This document shows positions 30,826 to 40,256 of a DNA stretch of 64,000 nt, one piece after another (within the stretch, counting starts at the first letter, position 1; the number at the start of each line of letters is the position of its first letter). The translations under genes were made by a program, and so were the position numbers. The notes beneath the pieces were generated by a model. It worked only from the letters and a program-made list of their open reading frames with translations, made no database searches and was not told the origin of the DNA. The DNA comes from an uncultured Candidatus Saccharibacteria bacterium (GTDB lineage Bacteria; Patescibacteriota; Minisyncoccia; Phycocordibacterales; UBA5272). The stretch is taken from NCBI GenBank assembly GCA_964546555.1, contig CAZJJX010000002.1, positions 16,263 through 80,262 on the forward strand. The letters run 5' to 3'.

Positions 30826-30884
30826 GAACTATAAGCTTGATTTTATAAAATTTGCTTTTTAAAAACAGGAGCTTATACTACAGG

Positions 30885-31008
30885 AAGGTGCTTAGGTATT
30901 TTTCTGGATAAAACATCTTTGGGTTATAGAATATTGCGAAAAGGCCGAGGCCTCTCCGTTTTCTTACCCACCTGAATTAAAACATCAGGAAGATGTCCTA
31001 GGCACCTT
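30885..31008 (+). ncRNA. candidate structured RNA (6S RNA-like)
   Basis: Closing stem AAGGTGCTTAGG/CCTAGGCACCTT, central A-rich bubble, CCCACCTG motif, upstream TTGCTT-16-TATACT, downstream hairpin 31010-31039. Confidence 0.45.
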
Positions 31009-31103
31009 ATACTACAATCCCCGTAAGGGGATTTTAGTATTTCAATAGCTCAGGTCATTTTTTTGGTGTCTGTGATACACTAAAATTAGATAATATATAA
31101 AAC

Positions 31104-31682
31104 ATGGACCAAAATACAGTTACAGAGTTAGAACAAGCATCGGAGATACAAAAAGCGTACAATAAAAAAATACAGTACGGTTACGGTGTTGGAATACGTT
31201 GGTTTTTTATGTCTGTTGTACCTTGTGTTTTCATCGCGTCATTTCTATACGGTGTAACATTATGGTTTTTTGTTATAGTTCTTCTTCCTGTTATACCAAT
31301 TATTTTTGCTGTAATTGATGGTTCTCGATTGAGAAAGAAAGCAAAACAAGATCAGGATCTTGTGATAACTGATCACGCTAATTCAGGAATTATTATACAT
31401 GACGCAAAAAGTTCAGGTTTTTCAAAGTATAATTTAGCTGTGCTATGGGTTATTGCAGTTGTGGTTTCTGCAGCAGGTATTATTGGGATGTTCTTTGGTA
31501 TTAATCTTTATATTTCTTTTAAGACTGCGCTTGGGTTTAAGGATACGCATGACATTTTTGATACTCTTTTTTTGATTTTTATTGGACTGTGGCCAATTTT
31601 CTTAGTAATTCAAGTTACAATTGAAAAGATACAAAGAAAAAAATTGTTAGACTCCCAAAATTCCTCCACAGGACCTGAATAG
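31104..31682 (+). CDS. hypothetical 4-TM membrane protein
   Basis: Two hydrophobic hairpins. Confidence 0.65.
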   Translation: MDQNTVTELEQASEIQKAYNKKIQYGYGVGIRWFFMSVVPCVFIASFLYGVTLWFFVIVLLPVIPIIFAVIDGSRLRKKAKQDQDLVITDHANSGIIIHDAKSSGFSKYNLAVLWVIAVVVSAAGIIGMFFGINLYISFKTALGFKDTHDIFDTLFLIFIGLWPIFLVIQVTIEKIQRKKLLDSQNSSTGPE

Positions 31683-31799
31683 ATTAGTTGCTTACTTTAG
31701 AGCTTAGTATCTTATACTACAATACCCTAAAAAAGGTTGGATGTAGTAATCTTTTCTAGATACCTAGAAGTGTTTACTTCATACTGCTATACTAGAACA

Positions 31800-32156
31800 A
31801 TGAAACGAATTATAGTAACAGGACTTCTCTTGCTGGGTGTCTACTTAGTGTCAACATTTATTTTTGACCCAGCAAATTTATATTATGAATTACCATGGCT
31901 TGATATACCGATGCATTTTATTGGAGGCTTTTGTGTAACACTATTTGTTCTTGCTGTAGCATCTCACGGGCATCAAAAACTTTCTTTGACACAGGTCTTT
32001 ATGGTATACCTCATGGTTGCAATCACGTGGGAGCTTTATGAAGTGTTCAGAGATCTACTTGTTCGACATACAGAGTGGAATGGTTGGCAAGATACACTTG
32101 CGGATGTTTTTAATGGTGCTGTAGGAACATGGGTAGCATTTTCTCTACGAAAGTGA
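31800..32156 (+). CDS. small membrane protein (DUF2238/VanZ-like)
   Basis: WLDIPMHF.GG, WELYE, DTLAD. Confidence 0.7.
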   Translation: MKRIIVTGLLLLGVYLVSTFIFDPANLYYELPWLDIPMHFIGGFCVTLFVLAVASHGHQKLSLTQVFMVYLMVAITWELYEVFRDLLVRHTEWNGWQDTLADVFNGAVGTWVAFSLRK

Positions 32157-32198
32157 CAGTGCTTAGTGTTATGTGCGCTCTTTCGTGTATACTGTTTT

Positions 32199-32226
32199 CT
32201 AAAGTCTAAAGTCTAAAGTCTAAAGT
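32199..32226 (+). repeat. (CTAAAGT)x4 heptamer tandem repeat
   Basis: Four perfect units 13 nt upstream of ATG 32240. Confidence 0.95.
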
Positions 32227-32239
32227 CTGTCTCATTACT

Positions 32240-33613
32240 ATGTCTACATTTAAAGTTACGTTTGCAGGAGGGGCTCAGATGCCAACAGGATCTAACTTCT
32301 TGGTGGAGTTTGGTGGTAAAAAAATCTTAATTGATTGCGGTCTTGTTCAGGGTGAAAAATACTCACTTCCAATTAACAGTGAGCCATTTTCATATGACCC
32401 TACAGCAATTGAGTATCTATTTGTGACTCATGCTCACCTCGACCATGTCGGGCGCATCCCACAACTAGTTCGTGCAGGTTTTAGGGGGTCTATTATAAGT
32501 ACAGCTCCTACCCGAGAGATGGGGGAGCTAATTATGCTCGACTCACTTGGTATTCTAGGAAAGGAAGCAGCACAAGCGGGGGTGCCAGTACTCTATGAAG
32601 AAAAAGATGTTTTTGAAAGTATGCATCTATGGAAGGATACGCTCTCTTATGAAGAGGTTTTTACTATTAAAACTGATGACGGGGATGCTACGGTTACTCT
32701 TCATGACGCGGGACATATATTAGGTAGTTCAATTGTAGAGATTACGTATAAGGGTAAGAAAATTGCTTTTACCGGGGATCTAGGTAACACGCCGTCACCG
32801 CTTATGAAAGATACAACGCTTCTTAAAGATATTGATTATCTCGTTATAGAAAGTGTGTACGGCGATAGAAATCATAAAGATAAAGATCAGCGTATTGAAA
32901 TATTTAAAGAAGCCGTTACCTCAACAATTATAAAAGGGGGGACTGTACTTATTCCTGCATTTTCTATTGAGCGTACGCAGGAGCTCTTAATGGCTTTTAA
33001 TGAACTTGTAGAATCACATCAAATTCCAGAAATTCCTGTATACCTTAATTCACCGCTTGGTATCAATATTACAAAGGTGTACAAAAAATATGAAAGTTGG
33101 TTCAATGAAAATGCTGAATCAATCATAAAAAGTGGAGACGACATTTTTGCTTTTAAAGGTCTTATTCAGACACCGACACCAGAAGAGAGTAAAGCAATCA
33201 ACGGAGACCACAGACCAAAAGTTATTATTGCAGGAAGTGGCATGAGTAACGGTGGAAGAATTCTTCATCATGAAGCGCAATACTTACCTGACCCAAACAG
33301 CACAATTATTATTGTCGGATATCAATCAGTGGGCACTGTCGGACGTCACATTGTCGATGAAGAAAAAGAAATTTTTATTCATGGTAATCGTGTGCCACTG
33401 CGTGCACGTGTGGTTAATATTCATGGATTTTCTGCACATAAAGATTCTGAGCATCTTGTGGAGTTTGTTGCATCAACTGCAGAGACACTTAAAAAAGTTA
33501 TTGTAGTACTTGGAGAACCAAAGAGTACCTATTTCTTAGGACAACGCATCCACGAAACATATGATGTGCCTGTTGTGGTACCAGAGAAAGGGGATGTATT
33601 GGAGCTTGAGTAA
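32240..33613 (+). CDS. MBL-fold beta-CASP ribonuclease
   Basis: DCG, THAHLDHVG, AGHILGS, FTGDLG, ESVYG, GSGMSNGGRILHH, FSAH. Confidence 0.93.
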   Translation: MSTFKVTFAGGAQMPTGSNFLVEFGGKKILIDCGLVQGEKYSLPINSEPFSYDPTAIEYLFVTHAHLDHVGRIPQLVRAGFRGSIISTAPTREMGELIMLDSLGILGKEAAQAGVPVLYEEKDVFESMHLWKDTLSYEEVFTIKTDDGDATVTLHDAGHILGSSIVEITYKGKKIAFTGDLGNTPSPLMKDTTLLKDIDYLVIESVYGDRNHKDKDQRIEIFKEAVTSTIIKGGTVLIPAFSIERTQELLMAFNELVESHQIPEIPVYLNSPLGINITKVYKKYESWFNENAESIIKSGDDIFAFKGLIQTPTPEESKAINGDHRPKVIIAGSGMSNGGRILHHEAQYLPDPNSTIIIVGYQSVGTVGRHIVDEEKEIFIHGNRVPLRARVVNIHGFSAHKDSEHLVEFVASTAETLKKVIVVLGEPKSTYFLGQRIHETYDVPVVVPEKGDVLELE

Positions 33614-33640
33614 ACGTTGATAGCTAATAGCAGATAGCTT

Positions 33641-33991
33641 ATGGCAGATTACAAAACACTCAGAGTTTGGCAAAGATCAACAAGTTTTTGTATTTCAATT
33701 TATAAAATCACTAAAAAATTTCCTTCTGAGGAACAGTTTGGAATAATTTCTCAATTACGTCGAGCTTCTTTGTCAATTCCTTCAAACATTGCAGAGGGAA
33801 GTAAAAGGTCAACTGATAAAAGTTACGCATCTTTTTTAAGAATTTCCTTAGGATCTGGAGCAGAGATCGAAACACAATTATACATTGCAAAAGAATTGGA
33901 ATATATTTCGAACGAAGAATATAAAGAATTAATTTTTGAGCTTAGTGAAATAATGAAAATGCTAATGATGTTTATTAAAAAAGTTGTGTAA
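33641..33991 (+). CDS. four helix bundle protein (23S rRNA IVP family)
   Basis: L.VWQ, FP.EE.FG..SQLRRASLSIPSNIAEG, GS.AE.ETQL. Confidence 0.93.
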   Translation: MADYKTLRVWQRSTSFCISIYKITKKFPSEEQFGIISQLRRASLSIPSNIAEGSKRSTDKSYASFLRISLGSGAEIETQLYIAKELEYISNEEYKELIFELSEIMKMLMMFIKKVV

Positions 33992-34092
33992 GTGCAGTAT
34001 TGAATTGAGTTACTATAAGCTACTGTCTATTAGCCATAAGCAACTTACACTATACACTACCAACTATTAACCATTAACTATATACTGTTTAC

Positions 34093-34668
34093 ATGAAATC
34101 AGAACGAATTACAATCAGTGTGTCAGGTGCAGCAGAGATAGCACATTGCGGCCCATCAGTTATTCCAATTGCTAAAGAATTAGGGCGAGAGATTGCACGA
34201 CAAGGTGCACAGATTGCAACAGGGGCAACAAGTGGTTTCCCTCTTTATGCTGCAGAGGGCGCAAAAGAAGTTGGGGGATTTTCTTTCGGGCTTTCGCCAG
34301 CCGCTAGTAAAAAAGAGCATCTAGAAGTCTATCGTTTACCTACAAAGGCAATGGACGCAATTATTTATACTGGGTTTGGTTTCCCGGGCCGAGATTTGAT
34401 GCTTATCCGGTCATCAGATGCGGTTGTTATAGGTTGTGGGCGTATTGGTACCATTCATGAGTTTACCGTTGCCTGGGAGGCAAATATGCCTCTTGGGGTG
34501 CTTGAGGGTGAGTGGGCAACAGACGAGGTTATTAAAAATATTATTGCCAACAGCAATCGCTCAAACCCAAACGTAGTCTTTGAAAAAGATCCAAAAATCA
34601 TGATTGAAAAATTGATCAAGATGGTGCGTGACAAGGAGGGGAACGGTGAGCGAGAGATGAGATTGTAG
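34093..34668 (+). CDS. LOG/Rossmann-fold nucleotide-binding protein
   Basis: ELGREIA, TGATSG, TGFGFPGRD...SSDA, GTIHE. Confidence 0.85.
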   Translation: MKSERITISVSGAAEIAHCGPSVIPIAKELGREIARQGAQIATGATSGFPLYAAEGAKEVGGFSFGLSPAASKKEHLEVYRLPTKAMDAIIYTGFGFPGRDLMLIRSSDAVVIGCGRIGTIHEFTVAWEANMPLGVLEGEWATDEVIKNIIANSNRSNPNVVFEKDPKIMIEKLIKMVRDKEGNGEREMRL

Positions 34669-34693
34669 CAGAGATAACAGATAACAGACTTTA

Positions 34694-34784
34694 AGACCAT
34701 TACGCATTCAGAAAATACAGAGTTGTAACCGAAGGTCACAACTCTGTATTTTTGTAGTCTGATGTCTGAAAGCGTAGCGGTCTG
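34694..34784. repeat. palindromic element family B
   Basis: Outer AGACCATTACGCATTCAGA / TCTGAAAGCGTAGCGGTCT around an inner hairpin with GAA loop. Confidence 0.7.
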
Positions 34785-34827
34785 ATTGTCTACAGGTCGC
34801 ACCAAGTTCTCCTGCTATACTATTTCC

Positions 34828-35556
34828 ATGTCCAAAAAACTTCAATTCTCACTTCTTGGCCTAGGTATTATTTTCTTTTTCTATAACGGATTTTTTGATT
34901 TCTCGGAGTATGGTCTTGATAAAGTATATTTAACCGTAAGTACATTTCTTTTTTCTGTTTTTAACGGGTTCTTTATATCGCGTCAATCGACCCGCTATAG
35001 CGATATTCGAAATGGTCTAAGCCGCTTTGATGCTGATATGACGATTGTCTTTCGTGAGAGTACTCATTTACGTAAAGAAGAGCATGAACATATTGCACAT
35101 CTCATACGAGAGCACTATGCGATCTTACTTAAGAAAAAAGACTGGGCTTATTATTTTACGCACAAGTCTCATCTCATTAGTGATATTCATGCGTCACTCC
35201 AAAAGTATGGTGATATTGATATGGATAAAGTTCGAGGCGAGTGTATTCGTAAGATGATGGGGACTCTTGATGATGCACAGATTGTTCGTAAGATGCTTGT
35301 ATCCCTTAAGGAAGAAACAATTCCAAAGCTTCAGCAGGTTTTTATTTATGTTCTTGCGGTTATTTTATTCTTGGCTGTGCTTACACTTCCTTCTAAAGAT
35401 CTTGTTTTTGCGTCACTTCTTAAGAGTGTGTATATGATGACAATTGTGATCGTCGTTATCTTGCTTAAGCGTTTCGATAATCTCACACTTTTTGAAAGTA
35501 CTATCGGTGAACATAGTGCAAAGGATGTGATTAGTATTATTGATGGAGAAAAATAG
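34828..35556 (+). CDS. membrane protein (DUF4239/bestrophin-like topology)
   Basis: 2 TM, helical domain, 2 TM. Confidence 0.65.
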   Translation: MSKKLQFSLLGLGIIFFFYNGFFDFSEYGLDKVYLTVSTFLFSVFNGFFISRQSTRYSDIRNGLSRFDADMTIVFRESTHLRKEEHEHIAHLIREHYAILLKKKDWAYYFTHKSHLISDIHASLQKYGDIDMDKVRGECIRKMMGTLDDAQIVRKMLVSLKEETIPKLQQVFIYVLAVILFLAVLTLPSKDLVFASLLKSVYMMTIVIVVILLKRFDNLTLFESTIGEHSAKDVISIIDGEK

Positions 35557-35581
35557 GGGTAGATGTCATACTTTATGACAA

Positions 35582-35690
35582 CAGACCGCTACGCTAACAG
35601 ATAGTAGACTAATTTAAAGCGCGACCTTCGGTCGCGCTTTAAATGTGTAGTAAGTTGTATTGTCCGACTATCTGTTAGCGTAGCGGTCTG
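35582..35690. repeat. palindromic element family B
   Basis: Perfect 24-bp IR CAGACCGCTACGCTAACAGATAGT/ACTATCTGTTAGCGTAGCGGTCTG around ATTTAAAGCGCGACC-TTC-GGTCGCGCTTTAAAT. Confidence 0.85.
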
Positions 35691-35708
35691 ATAGTCAGGT
35701 GTCTGTAT

Positions 35709-36056
35709 CTACCCTTTAACGTGTGTCACGATACGTGAAAATGTCTCAGGGTTATCTTGTGCAATTTCTGCGAGCATCTTACGGTTAATGATAATGTTAT
35801 TTTTCGTAAGTTTGTCGATGAATACTGAGTAGGTGATACCTAGAGCACGAAGTCCTGCGTTAAGACGTACAGTAAAGAGACGGCGCATGTCAGTCTTCTT
35901 GTCCTTACGGTGTGCAAATGCATGTGCACCTGCATGGCGAAGTGCAACTTTTGCTTCAACTTCTTTCTTACTGCGACCGAAGCGATAACCTTTTGCTCGT
36001 TTAAGAACATTGCGGCGGTGCTTCATTGCGATGATACTGCGTTTTACTCGTGACAT
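35709..36056 (-). CDS. rplT: 50S ribosomal protein L20
   Basis: MSRVKR...AKGYRFGRS...INRKMLAEIA. Confidence 0.97.
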   Translation of the reverse strand: MSRVKRSIIAMKHRRNVLKRAKGYRFGRSKKEVEAKVALRHAGAHAFAHRKDKKTDMRRLFTVRLNAGLRALGITYSVFIDKLTKNNIIINRKMLAEIAQDNPETFSRIVTHVKG

Positions 36057-36093
36057 AGTAGTTAAATTAGATAATTAAAAGACGGGTAGGTAA

Positions 36094-36282
36094 TTATAGA
36101 AGACCTGGAAGAAAACGAGACTTTTCTTTACTTGTCATCGCGAAATCCTGTCCACGCTTACCAGCAAGCTGCTTTCGGCGAGATGTTTTTGCATTGAAGT
36201 GGTTAAGACCTGGCTTACGAGCAATGATCTTACCATTTTTGGTGACCTTAAGTCGCTTAAGAAATGATTTGTTTGTTTTCAT
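36094..36282 (-). CDS. rpmI: 50S ribosomal protein L35
   Basis: MKTNKS..KRLKVTKNGKI...NH. Confidence 0.93.
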   Translation of the reverse strand: MKTNKSFLKRLKVTKNGKIIARKPGLNHFNAKTSRRKQLAGKRGQDFAMTSKEKSRFLPGLL

Positions 36283-36476
36283 AAAGGTTTCCCAGTAGGG
36301 CTTATAACTATATACTGTCTTTTTGGATAGTTGGGGTATTATATCACGTTTATTCAATAATATCAAGTATTTTTTTCGGAAGACTACTTGCTGTTTTTCC
36401 CATTATTTTTGCTATTTTGAGCAAGTTTCTGCTTTTTACACAACAGAAGCATTTTACCAATTACGATATAGGTACG

Positions 36477-36752
36477 TCACTTTGTTTTTTTAAAATTTTC
36501 TTTAATTGTGCTTGCTGTGTCTATTAGCATGGATATAAACAAAATTATACAACCAACAGGAAATGCAATAGACCCAAAAACAATAGTTACAAGGACATAC
36601 TCACCACGTACATTAAACAGTAAAATACATATTCCGATTATAACTGGCGCCAACATAAGGATGGAGCCGATAATAGCTAAATAACCAGCAAGAGTTGTCT
36701 TTTTAACAGGGGCTGGATTATTTTGAAAAGTATCATTATTGTCACTATTCAT
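36477..36752 (-). CDS. small 2-TM membrane protein between infC and rpmI
   Basis: Hydrophobic hairpin. Confidence 0.6.
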   Translation of the reverse strand: MNSDNNDTFQNNPAPVKKTTLAGYLAIIGSILMLAPVIIGICILLFNVRGEYVLVTIVFGSIAFPVGCIILFISMLIDTASTIKENFKKTK

Positions 36753-36767
36753 ACAAGGCTTATGTTA

Positions 36768-37289
36768 TTATTTCGCCTTCTCAATAACAATCATCATAGA
36801 CTTCGGTATTTTCTTGAAAGGTTCTGCAACTTTGTAGTCAGCAGGGATGATAGCAAGAATTCTGTCCATGCGATCTTTGAGGAACTTCTCGTCCATGTAC
36901 TTTGTACGGCCTTTAAGTTGGAGTTCGATCTTGACTCGGTGACCTTCATTGATCCATTCTGCGGCCTTCTTGGCTTTGATCATGATGTCGTTTTCACTAA
37001 TTGCCACACTTATCTGAACAGTTTTTGTTTCTGTGATGTGAGCTTTTGCCTTAACTTCTTTGAGTTTCTTGGATGTTTCGTAGGTGTATTTTCCATAATC
37101 AGCGATACGGGCAACAGGTGGGTCTGCTTGAGGGGAAACTTCGATAAGGTCTAAGCCTACAGCTTTTGCTTTTTGGAGCGCTTCTTCTTTTGTGAGGACA
37201 CCTAAATTCTCTCCTGTGCTGCCGATAACGCGAAGTTTGAGTGAGCGAATATTATTATTGATGTTTACTTTTTCTGCCAAGGGATTAAT
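36768..37289 (-). CDS. infC: translation initiation factor IF-3, non-ATG start
   Basis: INNNIR...GLDLIEVSPQADPPVARIADYGKY.YE; in-frame ATT 37289 or TTG 37280, no nearby ATG. Confidence 0.95.
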   Translation of the reverse strand: MNPLAEKVNINNNIRSLKLRVIGSTGENLGVLTKEEALQKAKAVGLDLIEVSPQADPPVARIADYGKYTYETSKKLKEVKAKAHITETKTVQISVAISENDIMIKAKKAAEWINEGHRVKIELQLKGRTKYMDEKFLKDRMDRILAIIPADYKVAEPFKKIPKSMMIVIEKAK

Positions 37290-37381
37290 TGTAAGGGTAA
37301 TAATACCATATTTTTTTCGATTGCGCCACCAAGAGGATGTGTGGCACACTGAATGTGGTTCTTTACACTAAGGAGAGATTT

Positions 37382-38209
37382 ATGGGATTTAGTTGTGCGC
37401 TGGCAATTGTGCTCCCGACACCTACAACAGAGTTGAAAGATTTTCATCCTACAGAAAGTGAAGCTTCGGTATCTGATGATATTTTTTTTAGTAATCACAC
37501 TGTAAAAAATATTCCAGGTCGTGCATGGGAGGTTATGCGGTTCATTGATTTTGGACGAGTAAGGACTCTCATTAAACCAAGCAGTAGCCTCTCTGTTTCG
37601 CAAAGAGCGGGGGATGATTTCATTTCTCGTGCGGCAATTTGTGCGGCATCATTTCTTTTGGACCATCTCTATGAGCTTGAGAGGAAGGTCCAGTTGGGTT
37701 CCGTTGAGTACTCTGTTCCATTTATTGCTGACCATCTTCTTTTTTGTAGTTACTCACACAGTCATGATGATTTTTTGACTAAGAATCATTATGAGGATGT
37801 GTTTGCATATCTTGGCACATCAGATGTCGTGACAGGGTTGTGGAGTTATCAAGAGAATCTCTACTCTCGTTATCCAGATGGAGAACAACTAGCAGTTGTA
37901 AATAGTGTTTTCTGGAACTATAACCAAGCACTACTAAATACTGGATCGATGGCAGCATTTTTCCAAGAGCATTACTCGTTACTGTGGGACTCTGCTTATT
38001 CGCTAAGTGGTGTCCTTACAGAGCTGCTTGAAGATGGTGCGATTTCTGGGGAAGAACTTAGAAAGGATGCTCGATCAGTTGCAATCGTGACAACGTGGAG
38101 AGACACCTTACAGGTTCTTTCAAAAGAAGGTGCACGATGTATCTTTTTGACTGATGCGTATCATTCAGAAGCAACTACAAGCATAAGGTCAATGCGGAGA
38201 TATCTGTAA
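37382..38209 (+). CDS. hypothetical protein
   Basis: Long ORF preceded by AAGGAG. Confidence 0.7.
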   Translation: MGFSCALAIVLPTPTTELKDFHPTESEASVSDDIFFSNHTVKNIPGRAWEVMRFIDFGRVRTLIKPSSSLSVSQRAGDDFISRAAICAASFLLDHLYELERKVQLGSVEYSVPFIADHLLFCSYSHSHDDFLTKNHYEDVFAYLGTSDVVTGLWSYQENLYSRYPDGEQLAVVNSVFWNYNQALLNTGSMAAFFQEHYSLLWDSAYSLSGVLTELLEDGAISGEELRKDARSVAIVTTWRDTLQVLSKEGARCIFLTDAYHSEATTSIRSMRRYL

Positions 38210-38300
38210 GTATTGATATGTGGTCTAAAAGACGATTATCGTATATGGTGATCGTCTTTATTTTTATATACCAAGCTGTACTCGTATGTAGAGTAGTGAA

Positions 38301-39323
38301 TTAATTATTTATAAGGGGTAGAATGAATTTACTAAAGGCGCTGATCGCTAATACGATCAGGACAATGATGAGGCTGATTCCATTTTTGCTAAATATAAAC
38401 GCAAACACCTTGGCATCATCATTAAAAAAACTATACCCGTCTTTTTTAAGGAGGGTGGATACGTCACCAATATGAGCAAAACTAAATGTAGACATTTTTT
38501 GTGTAAGTGATGGAGAAAGTGCGTCGTAGATCTCAAATAGTTTCTTTGTTTCACCAACCTCATCGTACCCGCCGTATTCATTTTGTTTTCGTTCTCCGTA
38601 GATGAACATCGTCGTATTAAAAAATTCTACATCGTATGTGTTTACGGTTTTTGATAGTAGATCGACAAAGGTGCTATCAAGGATTTGGAGTGCTTCAATC
38701 TCATACTCCTTGGGCGCATAGGTGACGTGGTTCTTTTCGTAGTCGCTGTTTACGTTAAGAGCAAGGCGTTGCTCTTCAGTAAAGGGTTCGCGTATGTAGT
38801 CATTTTTTATATTATGAATATAGATATTCGGTATTTCTTTGCGTAATTCAAAAGCTGCAATAATAAAAGGGTGCCACGTGATTTTAGTTTTATTATCTCC
38901 AGTTTTGTAAGTTTCACCATATTCAAATCTAAAAAAAGAAAATGGTACAGTGTAATTTTGCGCCTCGATACAGTATGAAAATTTTCTCTTGTCTCCGTAG
39001 TGCAAAAAGTGAGCGTGACGTAGGGTGTCTCTTGGCTTTTCATAAAAAGTGAATCCGTTATCAAGAGCAAATTGTTGGTATTCTTTTTTCTTAATAGTTT
39101 CTCCAAGAAAGTGATACACAATTGCAAAAGGTAGAGAAAAAAGGAAAATCCATAAAAGGAAGTACCCAAATAGTTGATCTACAATATCAGTGGAACCGTG
39201 CGTGGTCGTAAAAAGCGCAACACTCAAAAGCACGATAGATATAACAATACTGATAATAAGACTCCGTTTCAAGATCTTGTTGGCGTTTTTGTCTATCTCC
39301 TCAAGTGCTGTAAAATTAATCAT
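38301..39323 (-). CDS. hypothetical membrane protein
   Basis: Two N-terminal TM, soluble domain, C-terminal TM. Confidence 0.7.
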   Translation of the reverse strand: MINFTALEEIDKNANKILKRSLIISIVISIVLLSVALFTTTHGSTDIVDQLFGYFLLWIFLFSLPFAIVYHFLGETIKKKEYQQFALDNGFTFYEKPRDTLRHAHFLHYGDKRKFSYCIEAQNYTVPFSFFRFEYGETYKTGDNKTKITWHPFIIAAFELRKEIPNIYIHNIKNDYIREPFTEEQRLALNVNSDYEKNHVTYAPKEYEIEALQILDSTFVDLLSKTVNTYDVEFFNTTMFIYGERKQNEYGGYDEVGETKKLFEIYDALSPSLTQKMSTFSFAHIGDVSTLLKKDGYSFFNDDAKVFAFIFSKNGISLIIVLIVLAISAFSKFILPLINN

Positions 39324-39335
39324 AGATAGAACAAT

Positions 39336-40130
39336 TTACTTTTTTGGGAACCAGGGAATAAATGCACTTGTTTTTGCTTTGTAGACTTCCCATTCAGGAA
39401 TTCCTTCCCATTTTTTCTCAAGCATCGGTATGCCTGATACTTTAAGAAGAAGGAACGTGATGAGAATAGGAGATGCAAAGACTATGCTAAATGATGTTAC
39501 AGAATACGAGATACATGCTATTCCAAACCACATCATCGACTCACCAAAATAGTTTGGGTGGCGTGTATATTTCCAGAGACCTGTCTTCATGATCTGGCCT
39601 TTATGTATAGACTTACTTTTAATAAATCGATCAAGCTGTCTATCTCCAAGTACTTCAAAGAAGAATCCGAGCCCCCAAAGGCTAAGCCCAAAAAGAAGTG
39701 GCAAACTAGGGGTCGATACACGGACAAGGGAGAGTGTAAAAGGAAGAAGGACGATACTTATGACAACTCCTTGAAGTACAAAAATCTGAAGGTACGCACG
39801 TGCAAGATAGTATCGCGCTCCATGACGTAGCCACGTCTTACGCCACGAGAGGTATCTGAAATCTTCTCCCTTGCCACGGTTTTTCATATATATTCTGTAT
39901 GATAGTCGCAGTCCCCATAGTGTAATGAGTGTGAGTATAATGATACTTGCAGGGTTAAGAGCTTCTGATTGCATGGACATAAGTTCGTACGCAACAGCAA
40001 TAAATGTAAGACCATATGCGATATCAATGATGCTGTTATCTTTTTTAAACTGAGCGACAAAAAAGAGAACGCTTGTAATGCCTAATGTGATAATGAGTGA
40101 GGTGATGTAGAGCGCAATTGCTTGTTCCAT
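39336..40130 (-). CDS. DUF1295 family membrane protein (steroid 5-alpha-reductase-like)
   Basis: DNSIIDIAYG, WGLRL, GEDFRY, TGLWKYTRHPNYFGE, SGIPMLE. Confidence 0.92.
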   Translation of the reverse strand: MEQAIALYITSLIITLGITSVLFFVAQFKKDNSIIDIAYGLTFIAVAYELMSMQSEALNPASIIILTLITLWGLRLSYRIYMKNRGKGEDFRYLSWRKTWLRHGARYYLARAYLQIFVLQGVVISIVLLPFTLSLVRVSTPSLPLLFGLSLWGLGFFFEVLGDRQLDRFIKSKSIHKGQIMKTGLWKYTRHPNYFGESMMWFGIACISYSVTSFSIVFASPILITFLLLKVSGIPMLEKKWEGIPEWEVYKAKTSAFIPWFPKK

Positions 40131-40256
40131 AATGTGATTAAGTATAGCAAGTAATATTGAATAGGGTGGGGATGTTGTCAGGTGGTATATAAGGAAGAAA
40201 GAATTCAAGAAATGAAAAGGGCCACGCAAAGCGTAGCCCTTAGAAAGACAACCAGA

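Noticed and set aside
30885-31008. SRP RNA
   Set aside because: The conserved domain IV motif (CAGG...GRAA...AGCA) is not present in the right arrangement.
22547-31750. Integron cassette array
   Set aside because: No integrase and no recurring attC-like sites recognised; the flanking repeats differ from each other.
32199-32226. Tandem repeats as a CRISPR array
   Set aside because: 7-nt units without spacers; no cas genes in the window.
33641-33991. Four-helix-bundle genes as DGR Avd
   Set aside because: No reverse transcriptase and no template/variable repeat pair with adenine-specific differences seen.
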